In this document: positions 7,256 through 18,238 of the stretch, in pieces
How the letters are laid out: every line of letters begins with the position of its first letter
Position numbering within the stretch: position 1 is the first letter of the stretch
Sequence record: SRR20825006_1360
DNA length: 38,220 nucleotides
Direction: 5' to 3' (one strand)
Made by a program: the position numbers and the translations under genes
Notes under the pieces: model-generated
Told to the model about the DNA's origin: nothing
The model's input: the letters and a program-made list of their open reading frames with translations, nothing else
Databases searched by the model: none

Positions 7256-10200
7256 GCAAAGACAAGCTTGAAGGTGGTGGGCTTTTAACGCTCGTCGCTA
7301 AATTCCTTGAAAACCCGGTGATGACCAATCTGCTGATGGTTTTCCTGATCGTCGGGGGTTTGATGACGGCTGTGACCATGCGGTCAGAGGTGTTCCCAAC
7401 CGTTGATGTTGGCACCATCTCGGTCAGCGTCACCTACCCCGGCGCTACCCCGCTTGAAGTTGAAGACAGCATCACCCGCCGGGTGGAAGAAGCCGTACTT
7501 GGCATCAACGGTGTTGAGCGCGTGCGGTCATACGCCTTTGAGAACCGGGCGAGTGTTGTGCTTGAGCTGGAAGATTTTATCGATGCCTACCGCGTGAAAG
7601 ACGAGGTACAGGCTGCCATCGATGCGCTGATCGATTTCCCGCCCGGCAACGCGGAAGAGCCTATTGTCAGCGTTACTCAGTCGCTCTCGAATGTGCTTAC
7701 GTTGGTGCTTACCGGACAAGCAGCAGAAGAGAACCTGCGCCAAACCGCTGAGCTGCTTGAACGTGACCTGCTCGCGCTTGAGGTGGTGTCGGCTGTAAAC
7801 CTGCGCGGCACTCGTGCCCGCGAGATATCTATTGAAGTGAGCGAGGATACACTCCGCAAATATGGGCTCACCTTTGGCGAAGTAGCCGAAGCTGTGCGGC
7901 AATCGTCTATCGAGCTTTCAGGCGGCACGATCAAGTCCGGTGGTGGCCAGATCCTGTTGCGCACGGATGCAAAAGCCCGCGTGGGCGAAGAGTTTGCCAA
8001 CATCACATTACGCGCCACCGCGAACGGAGAAAGCCTCCGGCTGGGTGATATCGCGCGGGTTGAAGACGGCCTCACGGACGACGAGCTTATCAACACCTAT
8101 AACGGCGCACCGGCTATTTTCCTCGATATTTTAAGGAACGAAAGCAAGGATATCCTGCTGGTTAAAAGTCAGGTTTCCGACTATGTGGGCACAGTCACCC
8201 TGCCACAAGGGCAAGCGCTGATTGTCTTTCGCGACCAGACGGAGATTCTGGCAGACCGCATCAGCCTGCTCACCAGCAACGCGCTGCTTGGCTTTGCGCT
8301 TGTATTTCTGATGCTCGTGATCACGCTTGATTTCAAGCTCGCCTTTTGGGTGGCGATGGGTATTCCAATCAGCTTCCTTGGTGGTTTCCTGATCTTCGGC
8401 AGCGCAGGTGTTTCGCTCAACATGGTCACTCTTTTTGCGCTCATTGTCGTGATTGGTATCGTGGTGGATGACGCCATCGTGGTGGGGGAGAATATCTATT
8501 CTGAACAACAGGCGGGTCACAAGGGCCGCCGCGCCGCCTTTGAAGGCGTGAAAAACATCTTCGCGCCTGTGCTTGTTGGTGTACTCACCACCATGGCCGC
8601 TTTTGCGCCGCTCCTGTTCCAGACCGGCACGTTTGCGGAGATAACCCGGCCCATACCGGTGGCGGTAATCGCTATCCTTTTTGTCTCGCTCATTGAAGCG
8701 CTGCTTATCCTGCCTACCCACCTTTCCAATGAGAAAAGATGGTCCAAAGGCATGCTGCGCGCGTTTCAGCTCAAGGTGTCGCGCTCGCTGGATGCTTTTG
8801 CTGTCGGGCCACTTCAGCGTTTGATCATCAAGACCAGTGAGTTTCGCTATGTGACCCTCGCTGCCGCAGTTGGTTTTATTATGATTGCAAGCTCGCTTGT
8901 GGGTGCGGGTTTTGTACGTGTTGTGTTTTTTCCCAGCATCGAAGGTACAGAGATTTCTGCCAACCTGGCACTCCCGGAAGGTGCTCCATTTGACGCAACC
9001 GTCGAAGCAATGGAGCAGATAGAAACCGCGCTCAAAAAAGTGGCGCAGGAAATTGAGGATGAGACCGGGGAAACGGTTATCAACGCTGTCGCCATCACGA
9101 TCGGGGCCAAATACTCACAGGCTACCGGCCCTGGCTCCCTATCCTCAAGCTCTCTCGCGAGCCATTTGGGGCAAATTACCGTTGAGCTGGTGCCAACAGA
9201 CGCACGCAGTATTTCATCCCGCGAAATTAGCCGTCGCTGGCAACAAGCCGTGGGTACTGTGCCGGGTGCCGAAACACTTTCTTATGCTTCAACCATCGGC
9301 CCGAGCAGCGTTGATGTGGGCTATGAAATGACCCATGTCGACCAACGAGAGCTTCAAAAAGCCGCAAGTGAACTGGCGGACCGCCTGAGCGCTATCGAAG
9401 GCGTTGACCAGATTGACGCTGGCCTTGACCTCGGCAAGCGGCAGTTTGAGTTTACCATGACCCCGTCTGGCCATGCGGCGGGCCTGCGCCCGCAAGACCT
9501 CGCCCGCCAGCTACGGCAGGCCTATTTTGGCGACGAAGTACAACGCATTCAACGCGGCCGGGATGAGATCAAGGTTTATGTACGCTATCCGCGCGAGACC
9601 CGCCATGATCTGACGGCACTCACAAAGCTTCGCATCAGGTTGCCTTCGGGCGAAGGAGTGCCGCTCAGCCATGTTGCCACCATTGAAGAAGGGCGCAGCC
9701 CAACCTCAATTGAGCGTGTGAATGGCAGACGCATTCTGACCGTTACCGCAGATGTGGATGAAGGCATCACAACGCCCAATGTGGTGAATGAGCTGATACA
9801 GGCAAGTATACTGCCCGATATCATGGCGGCTCACCCTGGGCTTCGCTGGCAACTGGAAGGCGGGTCGCGCGAACAGAATGAGGATTTTGCGTCGCTCCTG
9901 CGGGGCTTCACGCTGGCGCTTCTTGTGATCTATGCGCTTGTGGCCACCCAGCTGAAGAGCTACCTGCAACCGGTGATCATCATCGTGTCTATCCCGCTTG
10001 GGATTGCTGGTGCGATTATCGGCCACATGGTGCTCGGGTTCGACCTGTCCTTCGTTTCCATGTTTGGGGTTGTGGCGCTGGCCGGTGTGGTTGTTAACGC
10101 ATCTGTGGTGCTGGTGGACCGCTACAACATCGAGCTTTCAACGCCCGGCACCATACCGATTGACGCGGCTGTGCGCGCAACGCTCCGGCGCTTCCGGCCT

Positions 10201-10443
10201 ATCGCGCTCACCACCATCACCACAGCGCTTGGACTACTGCCCATTATCTCGGAAACAAGCCCACAAGCACAGTTTCTGATCCCCATGGCCGTCAGCCTCG
10301 CAACCGGCCTATTGATATCCAGCACGCTAATGCTGTTTGTGCTACCCGCGATCGTGTTGATTGTGGAAGATATTCGCGGTTTGGGGGCATCCAAAACTGA
10401 AGCGACGGCGGCAGACGAAGCGGAAAAGCCGTCAAACAGTTGA
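7252..10443 (+). CDS. RND efflux transporter permease (AcrB/AcrD/AcrF family)
   Basis: 1063 aa; ENPVMTNLLM, YPGATPLEVE, GIVVDDAIVVGE proton-relay motif, RFRPIALTTITT, PMAVSLATGL. Confidence 0.95.
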   Translation: MSKDKLEGGGLLTLVAKFLENPVMTNLLMVFLIVGGLMTAVTMRSEVFPTVDVGTISVSVTYPGATPLEVEDSITRRVEEAVLGINGVERVRSYAFENRASVVLELEDFIDAYRVKDEVQAAIDALIDFPPGNAEEPIVSVTQSLSNVLTLVLTGQAAEENLRQTAELLERDLLALEVVSAVNLRGTRAREISIEVSEDTLRKYGLTFGEVAEAVRQSSIELSGGTIKSGGGQILLRTDAKARVGEEFANITLRATANGESLRLGDIARVEDGLTDDELINTYNGAPAIFLDILRNESKDILLVKSQVSDYVGTVTLPQGQALIVFRDQTEILADRISLLTSNALLGFALVFLMLVITLDFKLAFWVAMGIPISFLGGFLIFGSAGVSLNMVTLFALIVVIGIVVDDAIVVGENIYSEQQAGHKGRRAAFEGVKNIFAPVLVGVLTTMAAFAPLLFQTGTFAEITRPIPVAVIAILFVSLIEALLILPTHLSNEKRWSKGMLRAFQLKVSRSLDAFAVGPLQRLIIKTSEFRYVTLAAAVGFIMIASSLVGAGFVRVVFFPSIEGTEISANLALPEGAPFDATVEAMEQIETALKKVAQEIEDETGETVINAVAITIGAKYSQATGPGSLSSSSLASHLGQITVELVPTDARSISSREISRRWQQAVGTVPGAETLSYASTIGPSSVDVGYEMTHVDQRELQKAASELADRLSAIEGVDQIDAGLDLGKRQFEFTMTPSGHAAGLRPQDLARQLRQAYFGDEVQRIQRGRDEIKVYVRYPRETRHDLTALTKLRIRLPSGEGVPLSHVATIEEGRSPTSIERVNGRRILTVTADVDEGITTPNVVNELIQASILPDIMAAHPGLRWQLEGGSREQNEDFASLLRGFTLALLVIYALVATQLKSYLQPVIIIVSIPLGIAGAIIGHMVLGFDLSFVSMFGVVALAGVVVNASVVLVDRYNIELSTPGTIPIDAAVRATLRRFRPIALTTITTALGLLPIISETSPQAQFLIPMAVSLATGLLISSTLMLFVLPAIVLIVEDIRGLGASKTEATAADEAEKPSNS

Positions 10444-10454
10444 GGCGGTTTTGG

Positions 10455-10835
10455 CTACCCGGGCCAGCCCGACTGAATGGTGAGAAAGTCCATAAACTCG
10501 ATGTTATGCTTTCCGAGCCATGCTTCGCCCGGGCCTTCCCATCGGTGCAATTTCCAATCCACCTTGCCGGATTTTTTGAAGGTCACGCCTTCTTCCTCAA
10601 GGCGCATCCGCTGGCGGGAGGCTCCTTCACGCTCGCTGATCTGCCCGGCGGAATTGATGACACGCTGCCATGGGATACCCTCACCCCTCGGCGTCCCCGC
10701 CATGGCAAAACCAACGATGCGTGGTGTAACGCCAGGCAACAGGCTGGCCACCATGCCGTAGCTTGCCACCTGCCCTTCGGGAATTTCGCGCACCAGCTCA
10801 TATATAGCGGGGAAACTGGCGTAGGTTCGTGCCAT
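10455..10835 (-). CDS. Alkyltransferase-like (ATL, YbaZ-type) MGMT-family protein
   Basis: IPEGQVASYG...PRIVG...IPWQRVINSAG: PWxRV has Trp in place of the catalytic Cys of the PCHRV motif. Confidence 0.88.
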   Translation of the reverse strand: MARTYASFPAIYELVREIPEGQVASYGMVASLLPGVTPRIVGFAMAGTPRGEGIPWQRVINSAGQISEREGASRQRMRLEEEGVTFKKSGKVDWKLHRWEGPGEAWLGKHNIEFMDFLTIQSGWPG

Positions 10836-10912
10836 GGGCTTTGTACCTCAGGAGTGTTTTTGACGATGCCTTTAGCATAACCTCAAACATCCGACGCCAG
10901 CATGCAAGGGGG

Positions 10913-11569
10913 TTAGTTGAGAGAAAAACGGTAGGGCCTGCAGGACAGCATCACATAGTCTGCCTTGCGCACCTTTTTGTCACCAAAGTCGAGCAAAAAT
11001 TCGGCTTCATCCTCACCGGACACTACGACTTTCTGCCCTTTGAGAACCGACCATTTTTTGTCGGTGCAGCTTTCAGGGAAAATGACCTTGAGCCCACTGT
11101 GCTTGGCGGCAAAAACGGAAAGTACACCGCGGAAGCTTTTGGCTTCACCCCAAGCCTGGTGGACCCTGTCGTGCAGGTCACTGACCTTGTACCTTGTCTT
11201 TGAAACGACAGCGACATCCACACTCAAGGTAATGGCAAGCGTGCCTTTTGGCTGGTTGCTGAAAACAACCGGATTGGCTTCCAGCATATCGGCCGTTGGG
11301 CGAAACCTTAGCCGCCCATCCGCCTCCGGGCCAAACGCATATTCCTGATTCTGATAGCGGAAGTGAAGCTTGATCTCGCTTGGTTCCACCTCTTTGGAAG
11401 TAAGCGTATAAACTGGCAGCAGCGCCAATTCATCGTTGACAGATTTTTCCAGATATTTCTCGTATCCGTCATAGAGCCTGGCCATCGGGATACTGCTCTC
11501 CGCGTCAGCATCCGCTACTACTTGTGTGCTCAAGGCGAAGGAAAATATAATCAACAACATACGCAACAT
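10913..11569 (-). CDS. Exported hypothetical protein (possibly DUF2987-like)
   Basis: 218 aa with a Sec signal (MLRMLLIIFSFALSTQVVA); GAGGA RBS; the segment DGRLRFRPTADMLEANPVVFSNQPKG resembles DUF2987 proteins (from memory, unverified). Confidence 0.7.
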   Translation of the reverse strand: MLRMLLIIFSFALSTQVVADADAESSIPMARLYDGYEKYLEKSVNDELALLPVYTLTSKEVEPSEIKLHFRYQNQEYAFGPEADGRLRFRPTADMLEANPVVFSNQPKGTLAITLSVDVAVVSKTRYKVSDLHDRVHQAWGEAKSFRGVLSVFAAKHSGLKVIFPESCTDKKWSVLKGQKVVVSGEDEAEFLLDFGDKKVRKADYVMLSCRPYRFSLN

Positions 11570-11666
11570 TACCGGTCATCCTCGTTTTATCCCCGAGGCC
11601 TCATTCTAGAGAAGATTACGGCGGATGAATGGCAATACGGCGACGCTTGATTGACGTTTGGGCTGC

Positions 11667-13349
11667 CTATGCAGTCTCCACAACCTTGAGGCCAAGGTCC
11701 TTGATCATGGTGTTGCGCATTTCGAATTTCTGGATTTTTCCGGTCACGGTCATCGGGTATTCGTCAACAAAACGAATGTATCGCGGGATTTTGTAATGCG
11801 CGATCTGGCCATCACAATAGGCCTTGATGTTATCCGCATCTCCACGGCAGCCGTCCTTGAGCTGGACCCAGGCGCACAGCTCTTCGCCGAACTTTTCATC
11901 AGGTACGCCGAAAACCTGCACGTCCTCAATATCCGGGTGGCCATAGAGAAACTCTTCCACCTCGCGAGGGTACACATTTTCGCCGCCGCGGATAACCATA
12001 TCCTTCACCCGGCCGGTGATACGACAGTAACCTTCTTCGTCAATCACCCCCAGGTCGCCCGTATGCATCCAACCGTCTTCATCAATCGACTCAGCGGTGC
12101 GCTCCTCATCGTTCCAATACCCCTGCATCACCAGATAACCCCGCGTGCACAGCTCACCCTGTGTGCCTCGGGGTACGATATGTCCGTCCTCGTCAACCAC
12201 CTTCACTTCTACATGCGGGTGGATACGCCCCACGGTAGACGTTCGCCGCTCAAGGGGGTCATCAAGCCCGGTCTGAAAGCTCACGGGGCTCGTCTCCGTC
12301 ATGCCGTAAGCAATCGTGCATTCGCTCATATGCATGTCTGAGATCACACGTTTCATCACCTCCACCGGGCAAGGTGAACCTGCCATGATGCCGGTACGAA
12401 GGCTCGTGAGGTCATAACCTTTGAAATCAGGGTGTGCCAGTTCTGCGATAAACATGGTTGGTACGCCCTGAAGGCCTGTGCAGCGTTCCTGCGCAACTGC
12501 ATCCAACACGCTTTTGGGCTCAAATGCTTCTGCGGGAAACACCAGCGTGGCGCCAACGGTCATACACGCGAGCACAGACATCACCATACCAAAACAGTGG
12601 TAAAGCGGCACCGGCACACAAAGCCGGTCCTGGTCACTCAGGCTCATACCCTTAGCGCAGTACCGGGCGTTATTGAGGATATTGACGTGCGTGAGTGTCG
12701 CGCCTTTTGGCGAGCCTGTGGTCCCGGAGGTGAACTGCACATTGATCGCATCATCCGCCTTCAGGGAAGGTGTGATAGACGCCAGTTTTTCATAGTGCTC
12801 GTCTTCGGCAAAATCTGCGATATCGGCAAAACAGAAAAACCCGCCCGGTGCCTCATCCGCCATGGTGATCGCGAACCTGAGATGGGGCAAGCGCTCCGCA
12901 TCCAGTCTGCCGTGCGGATAGTCCGGCAGCTCAGGCGCCAGCGTTTGCAGCATCTCTTCATAGTTGGAGGATTTGAACTGGTCCGCAAGGATCAGTGCTT
13001 TGCACTCGACCTTGTTGAGCGCATACTCAAGTTCGGAAAGCCGGTAGGCCGGATTGATATTCACCTGAATAAGCCCGGCGAGCGCCGTGGCAAACTGCGC
13101 GAGCACCCACTCAATGCGGTTTGGCCCCCAGACACCGACACGGTCCCCCGGCTCCAGCCCGAGCGCAAGCAGCCCGGCGGCAATAGCCTCCGCGTCATGA
13201 TACAGCTCAGCCCATGTCAGGCGGATATCGTCGTCTACAAAGACAACCGCTTCGTTATCGGGGAATTTTTCTGCGGTCTGGCGCAACACTTCGCCGATGG
13301 TGGCATGAAGGAGCGGGTCCGAAGTATCGCCTTTAACGTAACTTTCCAT
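11667..13349 (-). CDS. AMP-binding acyl-CoA synthetase (ACSF2/FadD-like)
   Basis: [55 protein letters not shown]. Confidence 0.95.
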   Translation of the reverse strand: MESYVKGDTSDPLLHATIGEVLRQTAEKFPDNEAVVFVDDDIRLTWAELYHDAEAIAAGLLALGLEPGDRVGVWGPNRIEWVLAQFATALAGLIQVNINPAYRLSELEYALNKVECKALILADQFKSSNYEEMLQTLAPELPDYPHGRLDAERLPHLRFAITMADEAPGGFFCFADIADFAEDEHYEKLASITPSLKADDAINVQFTSGTTGSPKGATLTHVNILNNARYCAKGMSLSDQDRLCVPVPLYHCFGMVMSVLACMTVGATLVFPAEAFEPKSVLDAVAQERCTGLQGVPTMFIAELAHPDFKGYDLTSLRTGIMAGSPCPVEVMKRVISDMHMSECTIAYGMTETSPVSFQTGLDDPLERRTSTVGRIHPHVEVKVVDEDGHIVPRGTQGELCTRGYLVMQGYWNDEERTAESIDEDGWMHTGDLGVIDEEGYCRITGRVKDMVIRGGENVYPREVEEFLYGHPDIEDVQVFGVPDEKFGEELCAWVQLKDGCRGDADNIKAYCDGQIAHYKIPRYIRFVDEYPMTVTGKIQKFEMRNTMIKDLGLKVVETA

Positions 13350-13379
13350 CCCGCTCTCCCCTTCAGTTTTAATAGGCGC

Positions 13380-14774
13380 CTAGCAGTCAACCACCGTTGC
13401 TGCAATCGGCACAGTAACAGCCAATCCGCCGCGTGCCGTTTCTTTATATTTTGAGCGCATATCGCGTCCGGTCAAGCGCATGGTGCGAATTACCTTGTCG
13501 AGCGAGACAAAATGTTTGCCATCACCCCTAAGCGCGAGCCGCGCAGCGTTGATTGCCTTGATCGCCGCCATGGCGTTCCGTTCAATGCACGGCACCTGCA
13601 CGAGGCCGCCTATGGGGTCACATGTAAGACCAAGATTATGCTCCATACCAATCTCCGCCGCGTTTTCCACTTGCTCAGGTGTGCCACCAAGCACTTCCGT
13701 GAGCCCTGCAGCCGCCATCGAACATGCTGAGCCAACCTCACCCTGACAGCCCACTTCCGCGCCAGAGATGGAAGCGTTTTCCTTGAACAACTTGCCAACT
13801 GCACCAGCAGTGAGAAGGAAACGCACAACACCGTCGTCATTCGCACCGGGAATGAACCGCGCATAATAATGCAGCACCGCGGGCACAATGCCGGCAGCAC
13901 CGTTCGTGGGTGCGGTGACCACGCGGCCACCAACAGCGTTTTCCTCGTTCACCGCAAGGGCATAGAGGTTCACCCAGTCCAGAATGGTGAGCGGGTCTGT
14001 AAGCGCTGTTTCAGGCCTATCGGCGAGCTGACGATAGAGCGAAGCCGCCCGGCGTTTGATTTTGAGGCCTGGCATCTCTCCGCCCCGGCTACAGCCCCGG
14101 CGCACGCATTCCTGCATCACGCTCCAGATTTCAAGCAGCTCAGCCCTGATCTGCTGCACGCTGCGCATCTTCTTCTCGTTCGCCATCATGATGGCCGAGA
14201 TAGATTTGCCATTTTTTGCACAATGCTCCAGAAGCTCAACCCCACTTTTGAACGGGTAGGGCAACGCCACCTTTTCCTCAACGAACTTGTCTTTTTTGGC
14301 TTCGTTTTCGTGCACAATGAAGCCACCACCGATGGAATAATAGATCGCGCGGGAAAGCTCAGCACCGTCCGCACCGTAGGCCCAAAACTCCATACCGTTG
14401 GGGTGAAATGGCAGTTGCTCACGCGGCAGAAGCTGAAGGTCTGTGTCCTCTTCAAACGGCACTGCTTTTTTACCCATGAGATTGAGGCTTTTGCCTGACC
14501 GCACACCGGCGATCAGATCAGGAATACCTTCCACATCCACGGCACGTGGGCATTCGCCCAACAAGCCGAGGATAACGGCACCATCAGAGCCGTGACCCCG
14601 CCCGGTAGCACCAAGAGAACCGTAGAGTTTTGTTACCAGCCGCGCAGTGTTCTCAAGCTTGCCGTCTTCATCCAGCTTCTCAACAAATTCACGCGCTGCT
14701 TTCATCGGCCCCACCGTGTGGGAACTTGATGGGCCAATGCCAATATTAAACAGGTCAAGAACGCTGGTACTCAT
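13380..14774 (-). CDS. sdaA: L-serine ammonia-lyase (Fe-S dependent, single chain)
   Basis: [61 protein letters not shown]. Confidence 0.96.
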   Translation of the reverse strand: MSTSVLDLFNIGIGPSSSHTVGPMKAAREFVEKLDEDGKLENTARLVTKLYGSLGATGRGHGSDGAVILGLLGECPRAVDVEGIPDLIAGVRSGKSLNLMGKKAVPFEEDTDLQLLPREQLPFHPNGMEFWAYGADGAELSRAIYYSIGGGFIVHENEAKKDKFVEEKVALPYPFKSGVELLEHCAKNGKSISAIMMANEKKMRSVQQIRAELLEIWSVMQECVRRGCSRGGEMPGLKIKRRAASLYRQLADRPETALTDPLTILDWVNLYALAVNEENAVGGRVVTAPTNGAAGIVPAVLHYYARFIPGANDDGVVRFLLTAGAVGKLFKENASISGAEVGCQGEVGSACSMAAAGLTEVLGGTPEQVENAAEIGMEHNLGLTCDPIGGLVQVPCIERNAMAAIKAINAARLALRGDGKHFVSLDKVIRTMRLTGRDMRSKYKETARGGLAVTVPIAATVVDC

Positions 14775-14961
14775 GATGTATCGGGCCTCACAAAGAGTGG
14801 TTTATCATTTGCGGCACACGCTACGTGTGACGCCCCATTTTGGCAACGGCAAATGGCGAAATTGTGAGCAAGATTATTTCAAGAATCAAATAAGCCCCAG
14901 AAAGCCGCCGGAATTTCTTGAAATATTATTACTCTACCCTGAAACAATGTTTCAGCTAGAT

Positions 14962-16398
14962 TTATTCCTGGCTGAAACGGTATGCCGATATGCCACGAGA
15001 ACGCTCGTCGAGCACAAGGTTGCGGGTGAGCGGCGGGTTGGCCCGCTGCGGGCACGCGGGCCGCTCGCACAACCGACAATTTGGCCCCACAGGTGTGGCG
15101 TCCAATGTCTCAAGGTCGTGGCCGGTCGCATAGATAAGCTCTCTTGCGTAAGCAATGTCGCATCCAAGACCAATGGCAAGTTGCTGGTCCGGCTGACCAT
15201 AAACCGCCCCGACGCGCCTGACAGTGCGCGCGACCGAGAAATAGGTGGTGTCATCCGGCATCTGGATGATCTGGGTGGCGATCCGGCCTGAATTCGCGAA
15301 GGTATCGTGCACATTCCACAACGGGCACGTCCCGCCAAAGCGGGAGAAATGGAAGCGGCCAGCAGAAAAACGCTTCGATACGTTGCCCGCTTTGTCTACA
15401 CGGATAAAGAAGAAAGGAACGCCACGCTCACCGGGGCGTTGCAACGTGGTAAGCCTGTGACATACCTGCTCAAAGCTGGTGCCAAAACGGCGGCCAAGGT
15501 GCTCAATATCATAGCGCAGGGTTTTTGCGTCCCGCAAGAAACGCCCGTAGGGCATCAAAAGCGCGCCAGCAAAATAGTTAGCCAAACTGATGCGCACAAG
15601 CCGTCGCGCCTCTTCCGTCTGCCAGGAGTGCATGTCACCCAGCCGCTGGATCATGGGCCTGAGCTCAAGCATGCCCAACTGGAAAGCGAGCTGGAACACC
15701 CGCGCAGGCGCATCCAGCATCTCGCTCACCAGCAGTTGCCTGCGGTGCAAGTCAAAGTGCCTCAGGGTTTCAGGCATCACCTCATGCGGCATGATGCGTA
15801 CGCGAATGCCGTGCTCCTCATCAAGCCTGCCTGAAAGCACCATGAAGGCATCATCACGGCTGAGGCCCAGTTCGTCGTGCAGCGTCTCTGCCGCTTCATC
15901 AAGCTCGGGGAAGTAGTTTTTTCGGTCGTGGATATAATCCCGCACCTCATCCACCGGAAAGATAGAATCAACCTCACCACCCTCGCGTTCCGCGAACTGG
16001 CTGGAGATCTCTTTTGCGTTATGCCGGGCCTGCTCAAACGACTTGTAAAGAAGTGTAAATGCCTCCACGGCCTTCGGTGCGGCGTCCGCCATGTCCTGCA
16101 TCTCGCCGCGCGACAGGCCGATGGACTTGAACATGGGGTCCGCAAGTACCTCCGAGAGGTCTGCAAAAGCACGCGCCTCATCGGTACCGGCAAAGGAGGT
16201 TAGCTCAACGTCGTAAACCTCTGCCAGACGCAGCAAAAACTGAGCAGAAACAGGACGTTGATTGCGCTCTACCAGATTGAGATAACTTGTGGAAAACGCA
16301 AGCGCCGCCGCCATTTGCGACTGACTAAGCCCCAGTTCACGCCTGAGCCGCCGTATGCGAGGGCCTGCAAATATCTTCTTTGTTGCTGCTTCAACCAT
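14962..16398 (-). CDS. ramB: XRE-family short-chain fatty acyl-CoA regulator (ScfR/RamB type)
   Basis: N-terminal HTH (KIFAGPRIRRLR...STSYLNLVERNQRP), central IrrE/ImmA-like region, SFEQVCHRLTTLQRPG, C-terminal CRLCERPACPQRA Fe-S motif; divergent from aceB-aceA. Confidence 0.88.
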   Translation of the reverse strand: MVEAATKKIFAGPRIRRLRRELGLSQSQMAAALAFSTSYLNLVERNQRPVSAQFLLRLAEVYDVELTSFAGTDEARAFADLSEVLADPMFKSIGLSRGEMQDMADAAPKAVEAFTLLYKSFEQARHNAKEISSQFAEREGGEVDSIFPVDEVRDYIHDRKNYFPELDEAAETLHDELGLSRDDAFMVLSGRLDEEHGIRVRIMPHEVMPETLRHFDLHRRQLLVSEMLDAPARVFQLAFQLGMLELRPMIQRLGDMHSWQTEEARRLVRISLANYFAGALLMPYGRFLRDAKTLRYDIEHLGRRFGTSFEQVCHRLTTLQRPGERGVPFFFIRVDKAGNVSKRFSAGRFHFSRFGGTCPLWNVHDTFANSGRIATQIIQMPDDTTYFSVARTVRRVGAVYGQPDQQLAIGLGCDIAYARELIYATGHDLETLDATPVGPNCRLCERPACPQRANPPLTRNLVLDERSRGISAYRFSQE

Positions 16399-16412
16399 GG
16401 GTTTCTCAATAT

Positions 16413-16451
16413 TTTACAAAATTTACATATCGACATTTTTACATTTACAAA
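16413..16451. promoter_or_regulatory. Four TTTACA repeats, candidate RamB/ScfR operator
   Basis: TTTACA at 16413, 16422, 16438 and 16444 (two extend to TTTACAAA) in the ramB/aceB divergent region; resembles the TTTGCAAA-type sites of ScfR-family regulators. Confidence 0.65.
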
Positions 16452-16563
16452 AGCATACACAAGAACACTTTTTGTATCAATTGTTGTTTGAACGGACGAA
16501 ATAATGTGAAATATGAATGCTGCTGAACGCAATAAAGTTACTTGTTTCTGGGAAGGAGTTCAG

Positions 16564-18174
16564 ATGTCAGCAGCAGCCAAACGCCTTGAAAGCACCTCGA
16601 CGCTCGAGATCAACGCAGTTTCACGTGATCGCTATGAGACGATACTCAGCGAGGATGCTCTTGCGTTTGTCGCAGACCTTGAACTCCGGTTCGGGGAACG
16701 CCGCACGGCACTGATGCAAGCACGCACCGAACGCCAGAAGCGATTTGATGCTGGCGAGCTGCCCGATTTCCTCCCTGAGACCAAAAACATCCGCGAAAGC
16801 GACTGGAAAATCCTCAGCACGCCGGAGAATTTGAAAGATCGCCGCGTAGAGATCACTGGTCCGGTTGACCGTAAAATGATGATCAACGCCTTCAACTCTG
16901 GCGCCAATGTTTTCATGACAGACTTTGAAGACGCCAGCGCGCCGGTTTGGGAAAACATGATCGACGGGCAGCTTAACCTTTATGATTATGCCCGGGACCA
17001 GCTTGAATTCGCCGATCCCAAGTCGGGCAAAGAATATCAGATGGGCAAAAATGCTGCCGTCTTGAAAGTACGCCCACGCGGCTGGCACATGCTTGAAGGT
17101 CACGCGCTTTTGGACGGTGAGCCGATCTCGGCCTCTCTGTTCGATTTTGGTCTGTATATCTTCCACAACGCCAAAGCACTCCTGAACAAGGGCACCGGCC
17201 CGTATTTCTATCTGCCAAAAATGGAAAGCCACAAGGAAGCCGCGCTTTGGGACGAGGTGTTCACCCACACGGAAAAAACGCTGGGGCTGGCACACGGCAC
17301 AATCAAAACCACGGTGTTGATTGAAACTCTGCCTGCCGCCTTTGAGATGGATGAAATCCTCTTTGCGCTCAAGGACCATATTGTGGGCCTCAACTGCGGG
17401 CGCTGGGACTATATTTTCAGCTATATCAAGCGCATCGGGAAAAACCCTGCCTATCTGCTGCCTGACCGGTCGCAGGTGACCATGGGCACAGCATTTCTAA
17501 AAGCCTATTCGCTTCTGCTCATCCGCACCTGCCACCGGCGCGGAGCACATGCCATGGGCGGCATGGCGGCCCAAATCCCTGTAAAGGGTGACGAGGCCGC
17601 AAATGACGCTGCGTTTGAGAAGGTTCGTGCCGACAAGGACCGCGAAGCAAGCTTCGGCCATGACGGTACCTGGGTTGCACACCCGGCACTGGTGCCTGTT
17701 GCGAAGGATGTTTTCGACCGCCTGATGCCGCACCAGAACCAGATCCACCGCACCCGCCTTGATGTGGAGATCGGGCAGGCAGAGCTTCTTGCCCCGCACG
17801 AAGGCGAACGCACTGAAGCAGGCCTCCGCGAAAACATCCGCGTGGGTATCCAATATATTGCTGCGTGGCTTCAGGGTCGCGGCGCCGTGCCACTTTATAA
17901 CCTGATGGAAGACGCGGCCACGGCCGAGATCAGCCGCACGCAGATATGGCAGCAGCTAAAGCTGAGCGCCACGCTTTCAGACGGCCGCACCGTCTCAGAA
18001 GAATTGGTTCGTGATCTCTATGACGATGAGATCGCGAAACTGACAGCGTCCTTAGGCCAGGACCTTGTCGAGGGCAGCCGGTTGGCCGAGGCCGGTCGGC
18101 TGTTCCTCGACCTTGTTTTCAAGGACGAGCTCGAGGAATTCCTCACAACCCCGGCCTATGAGCTGATCAAATAA
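16564..18174 (+). CDS. aceB: Malate synthase A
   Basis: DRRVEITGPVDRKM, VRPRGWH, LIETLPAAFEMDEIL, GLNCGRWDYIFS, LMEDAATAEISR; ATG 16564 after GGAAGGAG. Confidence 0.96.
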   Translation: MSAAAKRLESTSTLEINAVSRDRYETILSEDALAFVADLELRFGERRTALMQARTERQKRFDAGELPDFLPETKNIRESDWKILSTPENLKDRRVEITGPVDRKMMINAFNSGANVFMTDFEDASAPVWENMIDGQLNLYDYARDQLEFADPKSGKEYQMGKNAAVLKVRPRGWHMLEGHALLDGEPISASLFDFGLYIFHNAKALLNKGTGPYFYLPKMESHKEAALWDEVFTHTEKTLGLAHGTIKTTVLIETLPAAFEMDEILFALKDHIVGLNCGRWDYIFSYIKRIGKNPAYLLPDRSQVTMGTAFLKAYSLLLIRTCHRRGAHAMGGMAAQIPVKGDEAANDAAFEKVRADKDREASFGHDGTWVAHPALVPVAKDVFDRLMPHQNQIHRTRLDVEIGQAELLAPHEGERTEAGLRENIRVGIQYIAAWLQGRGAVPLYNLMEDAATAEISRTQIWQQLKLSATLSDGRTVSEELVRDLYDDEIAKLTASLGQDLVEGSRLAEAGRLFLDLVFKDELEEFLTTPAYELIK

Positions 18175-18238
18175 CCCTTAGACAAATTTGCCCAACGCTA
18201 CCCCCCGATGGGGCCTTGGATTAAGAAGGAGAGTACCC

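Noticed and set aside
10455-10835. Inactivated O6-methylguanine methyltransferase pseudogene
   Set aside because: The Cys-to-Trp change (PWxRV) defines the known functional ATL family, and the ORF is intact.
12432-13454. 340-aa antisense ORF, and similar long antisense ORFs at 16621-17379, 18221-19057 and 32142-33101
   Set aside because: Shadow ORFs opposite well-supported genes; expected from GC-rich codon bias and lacking any motif.
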